A stretch of 64,000 nucleotides of DNA, taken from assembly GCA_965644315.1 (NCBI GenBank), contig CBFFRQ010000096.1, forward strand, positions 62,001-126,000, written 5' to 3'. The notes beneath the pieces are model-generated. The model saw nothing but the letters and a program-made list of their open reading frames with translations. It was not told the origin of the DNA and ran no database searches. Below, in pieces: positions 1 to 13,300 of the stretch. The translations under genes and the position numbers were made by a program. Origin of the DNA: Caecitellus pseudoparvulus. Taxonomy: Eukaryota; Protista; Bigyra: Bicosoecida. Position 1 is the stretch's first letter; the number at the start of each line of letters is the position of its first letter.

Positions 1-2313
1 TTGCCCCCCTGAGCAGCGAGCAGCAAACTTTAGCACGGTGGACAGCCGTGTCAGGGCGTCGACTTGAGAGGCATGCAAGTCTTTTGTGCTCGCTCCACTC
101 TGCAGTCCATGCTGGGCGTGCACCCCCGCAACTTGAATGCGTTTGTTGTCTACTCTTTCACGCAGTTCAGCAGTGCCGCGCTCGACTTGGATGTGGCTGG
201 TTTGCGAGCTACGCCTGCTGCTCGACGCGGTGCTGGCTTGGGACACCTCCCGCCCATCCGCCCATCGAGAATCCGGAAGTTGTTCCTGCATGGAGGCAAG
301 AAGGTCTTTGCCGGCCGTTGTGAATGTGCGCTGCACGGATGGCCGCCGTGCAGGAGGAGTCGCATGTGGACTGCTGTCCGCAATGCCCGTGTGGTCCACG
401 AGGGCTGTGATTTCTCCACGTTTCATGAAGACACCACTCTCAGCTCGGGGAATGGACAAGCGCCGCGGCACTTGCTGCGACCGACGACGCTTTAAGTGCT
501 CTGTCCGCACGCGCATTGCGGCGTTGATCGCGTTGCGGATGATGGGGGGGAGCTCTCGTCGAGCCTGTGACAGTATGAGGAGGGGGGGTGCACTCATGTG
601 TGCGGTGGCAAAGGCAGTTTTGAAGTGATGCTCCATGGCCCGCTTGACCACTGCTTTGGGGTGCTGCAAAACGAATCTTGCATCGTGCACATTGAGGCTC
701 AGAGCATGCCGCCGAGTGTACTCAGCGTTGGCTTCCCGTAGAGTCCGCAAGCGCCGTGCATGCTCCCGGCGCTTCTCCGTCAAGTAGCGGCGAAGGAGAG
801 TCTGCTTCATGCCAGAGGGAACTGCCATCCTTGTGAAGCCGCAAGCGACAAGCTTCCCCCGGCGTGAGTCGTCCACCGTGTACACAACCTGCCTTGATGT
901 CAGCCATGTCGGCAGCTGTAGCTTGGTTCTCACCGCCCGCTGCTCTGCTGAGTCTGGTATAAGCCCAGCTTCCTTTGCTGGGTGCCGTAAGAGCTGGGTG
1001 GGCTCCATGTCGCCGGGAGCGTGCCGCCCTTCAACTGCGGACCCGGTCTTCGCAGCTATCACGCCATGCTGCGTGCCGTACAGAGCACAGCCTTTGAGCA
1101 GCTCCCAAGCAGACGTGGGTCGGGAAGGCTTGAGTTGAGAAGTTTGTGGGCGACGTTGTGGACTCTCTGCACGTCTGGCTCTTGCTTGTGCTGTCCGCGG
1201 TCGCTGGGGATGATGTGTCGGTGTGTCGCCCCGCCTATGTTCTTGCAAGTGCAGGCTTAAACGCTTGCTCCTATCTGCCAGGGCAGACCTTGGTCGGGCT
1301 ATGCGCGCCGAGGGAGGCCTGTGCGAGTGGTACTGGTCTTTGTTGCCGCCGCTCCTGCCCGGCGCTTGCGCTGCTGACGAGGCCTGCGCCTGTGCGAGCA
1401 CTCGTCGGGCCCTTGCAATGCCAGGTTGCTTCTCATTTCGAGCAGATGCAGAGAGCACATGGCGAAGGTACACAGCCCGGGAGCTGTCATTCAGCTTGAG
1501 CTCACGCGCTTCAAGGTCGTCCCATACTTTCGTCAGGAGGAGCATGCGAGTCGTGGTGCTGAGCTTGTACGCGCGCCACATTCGCTGCCACGTGTGCACC
1601 CCGCGCTGCATGGAGCGGATGAGACCCAGCCACCGTGCGATGGGATGCCTGGATGCTTGGAGAGCACCACGGATGATGTTCGCAGCGCGCTGCTTGGCCG
1701 CTCTGCCTGCTTGCAGGCGAGCAATGAAGCGTACAACATGGCCCAGCTTGAGGAACAGCCGTCGCAGAGGAGAGAGGGCTTGCCGCCGCTCACGCCACTT
1801 CCATACTCGCCACCTCCGTTGTAGTTCCATGGCCGCCTCTGCAACTCTGCGGTCGGCGCGGTGGAAGTGTAGCGCGTCGCGCCATCGCTGCGTTGCTGCT
1901 GTTTGGGCCAGGAGGGCTGCCCACAACTGTTGTCGTTGGGCATGGCGATACTCGTCCGCCCTCCTTGCCACAAAGGCTCGACCAAAGAGCGTTTGGGTCT
2001 GTTTGCGGTGGCGGAGCCCACCAGATCCCTGCAGCAGCAAGCTTCGAGTCATCTTTCCACGTGCAATTTCCGCACGTCTCTGCGGGCTGATCCCCACGTC
2101 TCCTGCTTCGGGCTCGTCTTCCAGCAGGCAGGCAAACTTGCCAAGCACGCTGTTTTTGTGTGGAATTGCCCGTCGAAGCGCGCTTAGCTTGCTTGCGACT
2201 CGGTGTCTCCGGGCCGCTGCATCTGCAGCGAGGAGGGCATCGTGGGCCTCCTGCAGTTTGCATCGAGTGGCTTCCTCAGGCTCAAGCCTGCTACCCAGCA
2301 AACCAGTCGCCAT
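1..2313 (-). CDS. Hypothetical basic protein with IQ-like motifs, 3' end runs off the window
   Basis: Minus frame is open from ATG 2313 (an in-frame ATG also lies at 2328) to the window edge, so it is missing from the ORF track. It starts MATGLLGSRLEPEE and contains IQ-like segments LQRRWRVW and WQRMWRAY. The plus ORFs 1223..2398, 809..1138 and 137..628 are its antisense shadows. Confidence 0.7.
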   Translation of the reverse strand, partial: MATGLLGSRLEPEEATRCKLQEAHDALLAADAAARRHRVASKLSALRRAIPHKNSVLGKFACLLEDEPEAGDVGISPQRRAEIARGKMTRSLLLQGSGGLRHRKQTQTLFGRAFVARRADEYRHAQRQQLWAALLAQTAATQRWRDALHFHRADRRVAEAAMELQRRWRVWKWRERRQALSPLRRLFLKLGHVVRFIARLQAGRAAKQRAANIIRGALQASRHPIARWLGLIRSMQRGVHTWQRMWRAYKLSTTTRMLLLTKVWDDLEARELKLNDSSRAVYLRHVLSASARNEKQPGIARARRVLAQAQASSAAQAPGRSGGNKDQYHSHRPPSARIARPRSALADRSKRLSLHLQEHRRGDTPTHHPQRPRTAQARARRAESPQRRPQTSQLKPSRPTSAWELLKGCALYGTQHGVIAAKTGSAVEGRHAPGDMEPTQLLRHPAKEAGLIPDSAEQRAVRTKLQLPTWLTSRQVVYTVDDSRRGKLVACGFTRMAVPSGMKQTLLRRYLTEKRREHARRLRTLREANAEYTRRHALSLNVHDARFVLQHPKAVVKRAMEHHFKTAFATAHMSAPPLLILSQARRELPPIIRNAINAAMRVRTEHLKRRRSQQVPRRLSIPRAESGVFMKRGEITALVDHTGIADSSPHATPPARRPSVQRTFTTAGKDLLASMQEQLPDSRWADGREVSQASTASSSRRSSQTSHIQVERGTAELRERVDNKRIQVAGVHAQHGLQSGASTKDLHASQVDALTRLSTVLKFAARCSGGQ

Positions 2314-2404
2314 GTTGACATTGTGCATGTGCAGTCCCACATACTACAAATCTGAATGGGCACCTGCGTGCTGTCGTGTGAATTGGCATCCCGTGTGAGA
2401 AGCA

Positions 2405-4050
2405 TCACTTTTGAGACAGGGTGTACGCGCTGTAGGCTTTCTCCCCTGTCACTTCCTGCTGGATGCGCAGGAAGGAGGGGAGATCCAGCCACTGCCCAGT
2501 GCGAGACATGCCAGCAGCGCCCTTCTTCACCACGGGCGTGCCCATGGCGTCACCATCTGTGCGGGTGTCCCCTGGCGGCTGACTGTGCTCGCTGCCTGCA
2601 TCTGACGCCTCATCATCTGTGGCCTGCACCGACAACAAGCACATGCCAGCAGCAGAGCTTGGCGAGAGGTACTCGTTCACCTCACAGAATTGGTTGCGCC
2701 ACATGAACACGGTGCGGCGCTGCTTCACCATCTCATGCTCGGCATCGGCGTACAGGCGCACAGCGTTGTCATACCCGCGGGCAGACATGATGCGCTTGGT
2801 TTCAATGGCCTTGCCATCAGCCCCCATGCGCACCAAGGTGTGCCCGTACGCCGCAGACTTGCCTTGCTGGCGTTTCCGGACGAAAGCGTACGGGTACTTG
2901 ACACTGCTCCCGGCAACCTTCCCAACGCCAGCAGCGCCTTCCTCAGAAGGTGCCTGCACGTACACCTTCTCTACTTGGAATGTCTCTACACGCACATGAG
3001 AGGTGACTTCTGGCGCTGTGGCGTCCCACGAGCCAGGCACAAGCAAGAAGCGTCTGAAGCGCCTGCTGGAAGAAGGCATTCCCAGGAGCTGGGACACCTC
3101 CCCCACCACCGCTTGCATCTTGCCTTCAAAATCAGTGTTGTTCCGGAACACACGCAAGCGGGGGTGCCCCGCCCAGGCTGCCAGCAGCGCCCGATCCTTC
3201 GCGATAGCCTGCTCCGGCGTCTCAGTGCGCGTGGTGTTGGTGTCCAGCGTGTAGAAGTCGGCAGCACCATCAGCCGCCGTCACCATGTGCAGCACACAGT
3301 GGTATCGGGAGTCCCGCAGGGTTACCTCGTTGTCCAAGCCGTTCACGTGCAGCATCTGGCGCCAGTCCTCTGGGTCCATATATGCTCGCCCGTCAAGGAG
3401 GCCCCTGTCGCAGATGACGATGGATGTGCGACCCGTGCGCCGGGCTTCCAGGCGGGCCACAGACGTAAACTGGTCCTCCAGGGCGATTTGAATCTTCATG
3501 AGTGCAGTCTGCGCAGCAAAGCGGGGAGGAGGGGGTGGGATGCGCTGGTCGCTAGCAACCAACACGTGCCTGGCCTTACCTGGAACGCAATTGTGTTTGC
3601 GGGGGTCTGGATCATGTCCAGGTTGGCCCCTCCCGACCACAGCATCGTGGCAGCCTCAGGCACGATGAACACGTTAAACCCACGGCTGCGCAGGAACTGG
3701 GACAGGCGGGCCAGGGCTGTCGTCTTGCCAGCGCAGGGGCCGCCTGTCAGAACGAAGCGCTGGGTCATGCCCAGTTCCCACATATGCTCCTTGGAACCCA
3801 GGCCGTCTGAAGACACTGCACTCTTGATCTTCGGTGCATGTACGTCATCTGTCTCCCATCCCGCGTCCGCGCTCACCAACGGTGTTGCTGAGCTTGAGGT
3901 GGGGTGTGAGTGTTGGGCTGCACCTTCGGAGGTGTCTGCTGCCCTGGCAGCCTTCCCCGCACCAGCCTGGGCTCGAAGGCGCATCAAATACACTGCTCCT
4001 CCGCATGCTACTGCTGCCACGATGGGCTTTAGGCTCGCAAGGGCCTCCAT
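2405..4050 (-). CDS. TTD14-like protein (AAA_28 P-loop NTPase plus CYTH-like domain), 2 exons
   Basis: Motifs FVLTGGPCAGKTT, VPEAATML, ICDRGLLDG, YHCVLHMVTAADGA. A predicted intron at 3509-3579 (GTAAGG...GCGCAG) joins ORFs 3496..4050 and 2405..3640 in frame. Confidence 0.85.
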
Positions 4051-4333
4051 GGCGCAGGGTGTGGGAGGTCTGAGCTGAGCTGCGGAACTTGGACAGAAGG
4101 GAAGTGGCTGTGAAGGGGCCCCGCAGTGCTTGCCATCCGCAGGAAGAAAAGGCCGCGTGAGGAGTGGAAAGTATGTGTTGATCCCGGCTGCTGCTTCTGG
4201 CGGTTCTGTCGTGACAGGGTGTGCCTGTCGCCAGGGGTGCTGGCCGGATGTGCACTCACGCCTTCACACTCATGCGGCGCGTACCTGTGGTGCAGCTCTT
4301 GCGAGGGTTTCTTCACTGCATTTCAGCACTTGC

Positions 4334-7300
4334 TCACTCGTCCTCCTGCATAATGAGGGCGACGCCAGCGAGCACCCACCGTGTGGTGGGGTCGCGGGAC
4401 CGCAGCGTGGCAAGAGTCACGTATGTCGGCCCCCGCATCGTGGTGTAGTACAGCGGGCACTCGTACAGGCCCTCCTCGTGGCGGAGGTAGCCGACACTGG
4501 TGGGCTCCCACGCAGGGTTGATTTCCACTGCCTTGACGTACATGACTGGTACGGGGGGCAGGAGCTCCTTCAGGTGGGACTCTGCCAAGTACCCGGCGCA
4601 CTCCGCACCCCCTTCCACGTACGGGTCCAGCAGCGCGCCATCTTCGTCCTTGGAGGCGAACCGGGCACCCTCGATGAACAGGCCGTGCACGAAGGCGCCA
4701 TCGGCAGGGTAGTCCTCCACAGCACTGGCATCCATCATAGTGGTCATGTGGGTGTCGATGGTGACGGAGTCCAGGGGGAAGCTGTTGCGCCGAGCCACCA
4801 CTTGCTGCACCGCTGTGAGGAAGGCGGTGGGGTTGAAGAGGCCTGGCAGCCAGACCGAGGAAGGCAGAGCCATGCCACTGCTCCACTCCTCCAGCTGCGC
4901 CACGCGCACCAGCAGGTCGTTGAACCAGGAGGACAGCGACCGGCGAGACCACCAGGCAAGCTTCTCCCAGCTGGTGCTGTGGAAGGGGTTGCGCCCAGGC
5001 ACTTGGTTGATGGCAAGCGCAGATGCGAGATCTTCCATGGCTGCTGTGATGTTCAGCTGGCCGTCCAGGCCCTTGCTGAGCTCATCCAGGGTGCGGCGAA
5101 TCTCCGCCAGCAGCACGTTCATGCGGCCACACTCCTGCAGCGCCACGACGACGTACGGCCCGTGCCCCTCCAGAAGCAGTGGTTCGGCTCGCATCTGCAG
5201 GTCAATCATGCTGAACTGCTCAGGCAGCCTGCCCATGATGTCTGCGATGACGCCCCGCACAACAGCGGCGCCCGCCACGCCGACATCTGCGCCGCCGCCT
5301 CCGGAGGCCTTCTTGGCGCGGCGCTTGCGTTTCTTCTTGCCGCCAGCAGGCTTGGGGGAAGGGAACAACTCTGCGCCCTCCAGCTGCACGATGGTCGTGA
5401 ACAGGGTGTCCGTGCTGGAGATGAGGTAGTTCAGCTCAGAGTTGGGGTGCAGGCCGTACACCTTGGGCTGCTCGGGCGGCAGCTGAGAGGCGATGTGGTC
5501 CTCCACTTCCTGGTGGGACAGCGAAGGCCCCGGCACCGCGAAGCCGGGCACGACCGTGTCTGTCGCAGTGGGGTCTGTGAACGTGTCAGCCACCTGCAAC
5601 GTAGCCAACTCTGGCACAAGGTCGCCTTCCTTCAGCACTGAGGGCTGGAAGAGCACCTCCAGGTACGTGCGGTTGGTGCGGCGGTCCCAGAAGTCAGTGA
5701 TATGGCCTCCGTACATGATGGCCCCGAAGAGGTAGCGCAAGTCGTCCCACGGCACTGCTCCCTGGTAGCTCACGAGGTAGTCTGCCAAAATGTCTGCGCA
5801 GATGGTGAGGTCGCCCGTGTTGAAGGAGTACGACTTGGACCAGCCCTGCTGCCCGAAACGCCGGCGGCCCAGCATGATGGCGTGGAAGAAGCACAACGTG
5901 AAGAGCGTGGACTTGAAGGTGCCCGCGACGCTGCTGTCGCCCTTGGTCATGTCGGCCACCTTGTCGTCGGAGAAGTTACCCCACGCACGCAGCAGGTTGG
6001 ACTGCAGGTCCGACGGCGCCTCGTTGGACACCTTAATAGCGCCCTGCATGATGCTCTCCGGCATGTTCTTGATGTACGTGAACGGGGGCGGCTCAGCACT
6101 CAAGAAGCAGCGGAAGTTGGCGTGCGCGCCTTCGGAAGCCAGCTCCAGCTGACGCTCCAGCCGAGGCAGCCAGTCCTGCATCAAGTGCACGTTCTGCAGC
6201 ATCAGCCAGCCGCCCTCCTTTGCAAGACGGTGCAGCTGGGCCTCCGCCCGGCTGTCTTGGCCCTGGCCCATGGAGATGTTAACAAACAGACCATTCTCCT
6301 CTGTGATGCCATTCTCTGCTCCCAGCGCCTCCACCCACGTGGTGGGGTCCACGCCAGGGAACAGCACGAAGAACACAGGCACAGTGGGACCCGAGATGTT
6401 GTACACCTGCTGCATGCTGAAGTTCGGCTGCTTCACGTACACATCGCCCAGTTCCTCACTGATCCAGCTGCGCAGGGCAAGCGGCAGGCGGTCTGGGCGC
6501 ATGGCTCGCAGGAGCAGCAGGCGCTCGAAGGCAGTGGCACTGCGGTGGCGGCCGGGCAGCTTCGCGGCCTCTGGCTGCTCATCCTCCATCCACGTCTGCC
6601 ACTTGTCGCTGTCCAGCTGCATGTCCTCGCCCAGCGTCTCGAATCGAGTGTACGTCTCCGACAGGCTCTCCAGGGCTTTCACCTTGCCCCACGTTGCCTG
6701 AGACATCCAGTCAGACAGCACGCCCACACTGCTGGCATCTGGCGCCGAGTCGGCACGCACAAGCAGTCTGGCGGCGGCAGGGTCCAGCTTGCCCTCTTGC
6801 ACGAGCACCTTCAGGGCCAGCAAGGTGGCCACCGTGAGCTTGTCTGTCTCGAACAGCCCCATGCGCACGTACGAGAACATGGTGGAGGTCACGCTACCCT
6901 TGAGCTCCTGAGCGCGGGCCGGCAGCTCCTCGCTCTCCAGCACCTTGACCTTGTACACCGTGCCCTCGGGAATGTCTTCCTCCTCTTCTTCCTCCTCCAC
7001 CGCGCTCGCCTTGGCGCTGGCAGCAGAGGCGCCAGGCGAGCTGTCGCCCGCCCCGCTCGCAGCCGGTGCATGTGCACCGGCGTCTGTGGCTGCGGTAGCG
7101 GCTGCCTTCAGTGCTGCCTTTTGCTTGTCAGCCCAGGCACCCTGGATGCGGCTGGCGGCTGCCATCTCCGCCTCTGAAGGGGACACGAACACTCCATGCA
7201 GGAGAGCCGCCGTGCCGCTCAGCACCAGAGCTGCGCTCTCTCCCGCCACAGCGGCGTGTGAGTACTGCATGGGCACCTTGGGGCCGTCCGCAGTGGTGAT

Positions 7301-10300
7301 GTGCACGGACTTCGTGACTGGGTCGTTGCGAAGCACGACCTCGATGAGTTGCCCGGGCTGCCCGGTGGTCTCGTCGCGGGCGTTCTCAACAGCCTTCCAT
7401 GCCCCGTCTTCGTCCACGACCTCGTGCTTCGCCGCGGCTGGGTATGCCAGCGTGCTGCGCAGGAGCTTGACAGGCACCAGCTTTGCGGCGGGTGCAGCGG
7501 CTTCCTTGCCTTCGCTGTCCTTGCCCTCGCCGTCCTCAGCGCTCTTTCCGTCCTTGTCATCCTTTTCCTCGCCGGCCGTGTCATCGCCGGCCGTGTCGTC
7601 GCCAGGCTTCTCGCTATCCGCAGCTGCTGTGCCTGCACTCTCTCCCGATTGCTCTGCGGGGAGCGCCAGCACACTGAGGGCAAAAGCGTTGGACGCAGTC
7701 GCCTGCAACACCTTCGCGCCAGGCTCAGCAGCGTCAAAATCAGCGAAGTCCTTGGCGTCCCCACCTTCTATGCCTGGTGGCAGCTCTGCATCGCTGGCAG
7801 GGGGCAGCGTCACCCACACTTTGGCTGTCCACTCCGAGGCCATTGACGGCAGCTGGACGTATGTCGGTGAGCCAGAAGCTGCCGCGGGCACTGCAGGCAG
7901 AGCGGTAGGCTTTGTGCCTTCAGGCAGCAGCCCGGGCAGGAACGTCTCTCCCAGCAGCAGAGAAGGCTGCACAAGGCCATCTTGCCCCTGCAACGCTTCT
8001 GCCACACCGGCAGCGACTGCAGACTCATCCTCGGCGACCACCTCGGCCAGAGCGCCGGTGGATGCTTTAGCAACATCCAAAGCGGAGCGCAGAGCAGCAC
8101 AAGACAGTGTCATGCTGGAGGGCACGCCACCGACACCAGGGACTGTGCGGTGAGGGGAGTGCTTCAGCAGGCCTCGCAGGCCAGCGCCAACCAGCAGTGA
8201 CTTCAGCAGCGCAACACCAGGAGCAGAAACCTCGGCTGCCACCTCCTTGGCCACTGCATCTGAGTTGGCTTGCAGCTCTGCCGCCTTGGCAGCTGCCGCC
8301 TCCCGTGCGGCCTGCGCCTTGGCCTCCGCCTCGGCCCTAGCAGCTTCCTCTCGCTCCGCCTCAGCCCGAGCGGCAGCTTCCGCTTCGAACGCAGCCTCGG
8401 AGTCAGCCATGGCCTTCTCGGCCGCCTCCTTGGCAGCGGCCAAGCGGGCGTCACGAGCAGCCCGCTTCTGTGCAGCAGCAGCAGTGGCCTCCTCGTCCAC
8501 CTCCAGATCGGTCACGGCATCGATGCCGCGAAGGAAGACAGAAATGAAGGAGGACAAGGAGTGCACGTAGTACGTGTGCATGTTGGCGAGGGAGTCCATG
8601 AGGAAGAACAGCAAGGCGGCTCGTGCAGCGACGGGACGGTACTGCTCAGCAGTCTCCGCGATCTGCTGCTGCGTCACCTTGGCCGTGCGCATCTTCTCGC
8701 CGATGGTGTGGCTCAGGCGCTTGGCGTTCTCCAGGCTTTCAATCAGCTCCACGTTCTCCGTGACCTCACCCTCAGCCTCCGCCAGTTGCTGCAGAATGCC
8801 GTCCTCCAACTCCTTGATTTTCACCGTGAACTTGTTCTGCTGGCGGATGAGCGCACTGCGCTCCGTGGCCAGATCACGGCGCTCCCGCTGCACAGTAATG
8901 TCCAGCAACTGCTCCTCCAGACCCTCCGGTGTGACGGTGAAGTTAATCAGCGTCGTCTCAGCCTGCACCTCGGGAGGGTAGTGCGGGTTGGACAACTTGG
9001 TGTGCAAGTACAAGCGGAAGTCCTTGTTCCAGTCCAACTCCCGGTCCCCGAGAACCAGCACACGGCGGCGCCCGCGCTTCACAGTGGCTCGGGTAATGAC
9101 CGGCCAGAGCGTCGCGTCGATGTGCTCTGGCAGGTTCTCAAGCAGCATGGGCCGGCCCTCTTGAATGGCCGTGGCCATGCGGTGCACCAAGTCCTTGTTG
9201 TCCATGCGGGCAACGAGGAGTGCGCTGCCTTCCATCCGGCGCACCCACTTGATTCCCTGCAGCTGAGGGTCCAGCAGCAGGGGCCACCTGGACGTGTTCT
9301 GTGTGATGGCGCCGTTCTGGGTGCTGACGGTGTCAGAGGGCAGCCCATGGGCATGCCACTTGGCGATGGTAGCGGTGTTGGCGAGGGTTGAGAGGGGGTC
9401 CAAGTCCTCTGTCAGAGGCACAGGTGTGCCGCTGGGTGGCTCCTGCAGGAACGGCACCCAGTAGTCATTCAGGAGCTCATCACGGTACCTAGAAGTGAAG
9501 GGCCCAGCGAAGGAGACGAAGGCAGAGGCTAGCAGCACGTCTCCAACCAGTGTCGTGCGCTGCTCGTTCAGGCTCTGGATGCCGCTGCTCCAGCGCTCCT
9601 TCTCATCGCCCAGCGCACGCAGCAGGCGCTGGGCGAGGTCCAGGCGACGAGTGCCGCCATCCACTTCAGCCTGTGCCTTGGCACGCTCGGCGTTGGCAGC
9701 AGCTTGCTCCTCCTGCAGCTTGGACAGCGCGGCTTGTAGCTCATCCACCTTCTCCTGCACCTCCTGCAGGCGGGTGGTGGCGGCTGCCAGCTTCTCAGTG
9801 GCCTCGGCAAGGGCTTCGCGCTTGGGAGCCACCACGCACAGGACGTCGTAGTACTCCACAATGTTGCGCACAAAGTCAGTCAGCCCTGCTGCCGCGGGGT
9901 TCTTGCTGAGCATGGCGTCTGAGTTGAAGTAGTCCAGCTCCAGGTAAGGCCGTACCTCGGCGAAGTTACGGGCGGGGACGTCCCCGGCATCGATGCGATT
10001 GCGGAAATCAAGCAAGTTCTGCAGGAAACCCGCAGTCTCCTTCAACAGGGCTCGCTTGACGGGGTCCCACTTGCGGTTTTCCTCCTTCACGATACCGCGC
10101 TTCGTGACAGGCACGTTGGGGTCCACGCCAGCGAACAGCACCGCGACAGCTGCGAAGACATCGTCCACGCCTGGCGGAGGCACCATCATGCCACGACACA
10201 GCCCCAAGTCCTTGGGGTCCAGAGTGTTCAGCGCCTTCTCTGCGTTTTCCAGCAGCGGCTCGGCGGCGCGCAGGTCCTGCTCGGTCTCCTGCTGCTGTGC

Positions 10301-13300
10301 CTGCACCTGCACCTTCATGGCCTCGCAGGCGCTCTGCTCCTTCTGAGCAGCGTTGGTCTCCGCCTCCACCTGGGCGGCCTTCGCAGACACGGCGTCAGCG
10401 ATGACTTCAGCCGCAGCGCGCTTCTCTTCTGCCGCGTCCAGGAGCTCCTTCAAGCTGGCTTCGATGCGCGCGACATCCTCTGCCGTCTCCTCCAGCTTGT
10501 CCACGCCAGACCCCAGGCGGTCGATCTGTCCCAGCAGCTGGGTGCGCTGGGCGGCAAGGAGGGACGTGTACAACTTCAGCCCTTCCAAGAAGGACTTTGG
10601 CGTGGTGTAAGCGCGCCGGCGGTCGCTCTCAGCGAAGCGCGTGGCCACCTCGTTCACGGCCTGGAAGGCGAAAGGCATGAACTGCACGATGGCCTCGCGC
10701 ACCTTGGGTGTGCCCAGATCGGACACCTCTGCCAGCGTGCGCCGCCCGACAGACAGAAGTGCCTCCTCCGGCCACGGGTGGAACCAGTCAATGGTTGTGG
10801 AGTTGATGAGGGCAGGGAAGCGCAGGGCACGCCGAGCAAAGACGTCCCCTGGGGAGAAGCACAGCACGACGTGAAGGTTGGCCCGCACCTGTGACATGAA
10901 GTATTCCCAGCAGGTGTCCTTGTCAGTGGACAGGCCAGCGGCCTTGACCTTGCCGGCAATGTCGCCCACGATGGTGTCCTTGTCCTCTGCCGCGTACAGC
11001 CCCGCGACGCTCCCGGAGGCCAGGATGTCGTTCAGGATGACCAGGAAGCGCTCATTCGTGATCTGGCTGTCGCGCAGGAGGAACATGACTCCCTCCTGCT
11101 TCACGCCAGTCTTGTAGTAGAGGGCCTTGACGTCTTCCTTGAAGTCAGTCATGCTGTATGTTGCACTGACACGGATGGAGGAGATGGACAGGTCGCACAG
11201 GAAGGCTGCGAGCCGAGCCAGGCTCTGCTTGCCACTGCCACCGACGCCCATGAGCAGGGCATGGCCGGCGGTGGGGGACCGCAGCACTCTGGAGATGCGC
11301 GTGACGTGGCGCACGGCGTCCCCGAACAGCACCAGATTCATGGCAGTGGAGACCTCGTTGTGCTCCTTGAGAGCATCGCCAATAGTGCGTGTGAGCGTGT
11401 CCATGCTGGACACCTTGTCGTACACTCCATCGTGGCGGGTCTCGGCAAAGTGGCAGAAAAGCAGCGGCTCCGCGCCAGTCTGCGCGAAGTAGGCACTCAG
11501 GTTATACTGGGGGAAGCGCTTCTTTGCCTGCGCCAGCGCCAGCTGCTTGTAGCGCCCCGCGTCAGCCTCCGTCACCAGGCGGTCACTGTACACGCGGTCA
11601 GACTCGTGCAGCCACAGCCTCACGAGCTTGCCAGGGTCCTTGAACTGCGCTGGCTGGGCTGTGAGCAGGCCTTGGAAGACTGCGGACAGGTGCCGCACCG
11701 AGAACTCGTAGTGGATGTTGCGGGCAGACTTCTTGAATGCGCCTGACACAGCCGCATGCAGGCCCAGCGCACCGTTGATGAGGTGGGACGAAATGGCCTG
11801 CACCTCGTCTGGGAAAGACGCCAGGTGACCGTCCAGGAAGGTCTGGTAGATGGTGAGCAGGGACAGGGCGCCAGGGAAGTCCACCGCGAAAGTCGCAAAG
11901 TGCCGTTGCAGGCGTGGGTTGATGTGGAACGACCCAGTCGTGGGGTTCATCGCCGCCACGTACTGCGTGTTGATGATGCTCTTGAGGAACAACTTGGCAC
12001 GGTCGTACCAGTGGCCGTAGTCAATGTGCTGGCGCACGAGGGCAATGGCGGACTGCGTGTCATACGGGTCCACCTCGGGCAAGTTCAAGTCATCCAAGAA
12101 CACCACCTGAGACTTGGTGCCAGGCGGGCCGTACGTTGTGCCAGACTTGCGGTCCAGGGAGCTCTCTAGCGTGCCCTGCAGTGCCAGCGCGTCAACGTAG
12201 AAGTTGAAGTTGATGGTGTTGGCGATGTACTTGCTGGAGTCCATCTGGGACATGAGGCCCTTGAGCAGGGCAGTCTTGCCGCACCCAGCGGCGCCTGCCA
12301 TCATCACTGGCTTGCCAGCGTCCATGAGCCGGCGGGCCCAGAAGGAAATGGCGACAGTCTCTGGAGTGGGCACGTAGCACGTCGCCATATCCATCTTTGA
12401 CGAGTCGAACGTGACGGGGTAGAAGAGAGGAGAGGCCTTCCAGCTCTCCAGCAAGCCCGTGTCTGGGTTCAGCGTGAAGTCGAAGACGCTGTCGCGCGAA
12501 GGGAAGCGCACACCCTTGAATGAGGCCTTGAACCAGTCGGAGAACTCCCGCTTCCAGTCGACACCGTCCTTCTCCCCCGCACACGAGCCAAACGCCCAGA
12601 CAGCTGAGTACGCGAAGACGTACTCCAGCGGAGCGGCAACAGCAGGGTCCAGGGGCTCGGAGGACTCGCTGGCCTGTGCCTCGTCCACCAAGTCAGCGAC
12701 CTTCATGTGGGTGGCGTAGTACGCAGAGGAATCCATGTCTGACTTGGAGCCCTGCTTCTCAGCCTTCTTCTTCGCTCGAGGGGACCGGCGGCCAGCGGCA
12801 GCTGCAGCCGCGGCGGCTTCATCTTGAGAGCGCTTGCGGTCAGCATCACCAGGCACAGGCAGGAGGGAGGAAAGGTAGTCCAAGAACACCCCCACCAAAG
12901 CAGTGTCCTCCAGGGGCACGAGTGGCTGCAGGGTCTTCTTGTGGTACAACAGGATGGGCGGGAGGTACTCATCGAAGAGCACCTGGAGTGTGGCACAGAT
13001 GGAGGGCGGGTAAGGCGCCGCTGCAAGCCACGAGGCGACGAGGTTGCGCCACTGGTACCCAGTATCCGAGGAGATGAAGATGATGCCAGCACGCGAGACA
13101 GTTGCCGGGGAGGCAAAGCGCAGGTCGCGCAGCTCGAACAGCATGCGCATGTGGTCTTTCAAGGGAATGCGCTCGTTCGAAGCCAGGGTGAGCATCTTGT
13201 TGTCGTCCATGACGGAGTTCATGCTCTCGATCCAGTTGGCGTCCAGGTCGCCGTCCAGCATGATCCACTTGGGGTCCTCGTCCGGAATTTCGCCCATGCT

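Noticed and set aside
1223-2398. 391-aa plus-strand ORF
   Set aside because: Antisense shadow of the minus-strand gene that runs off the window edge.
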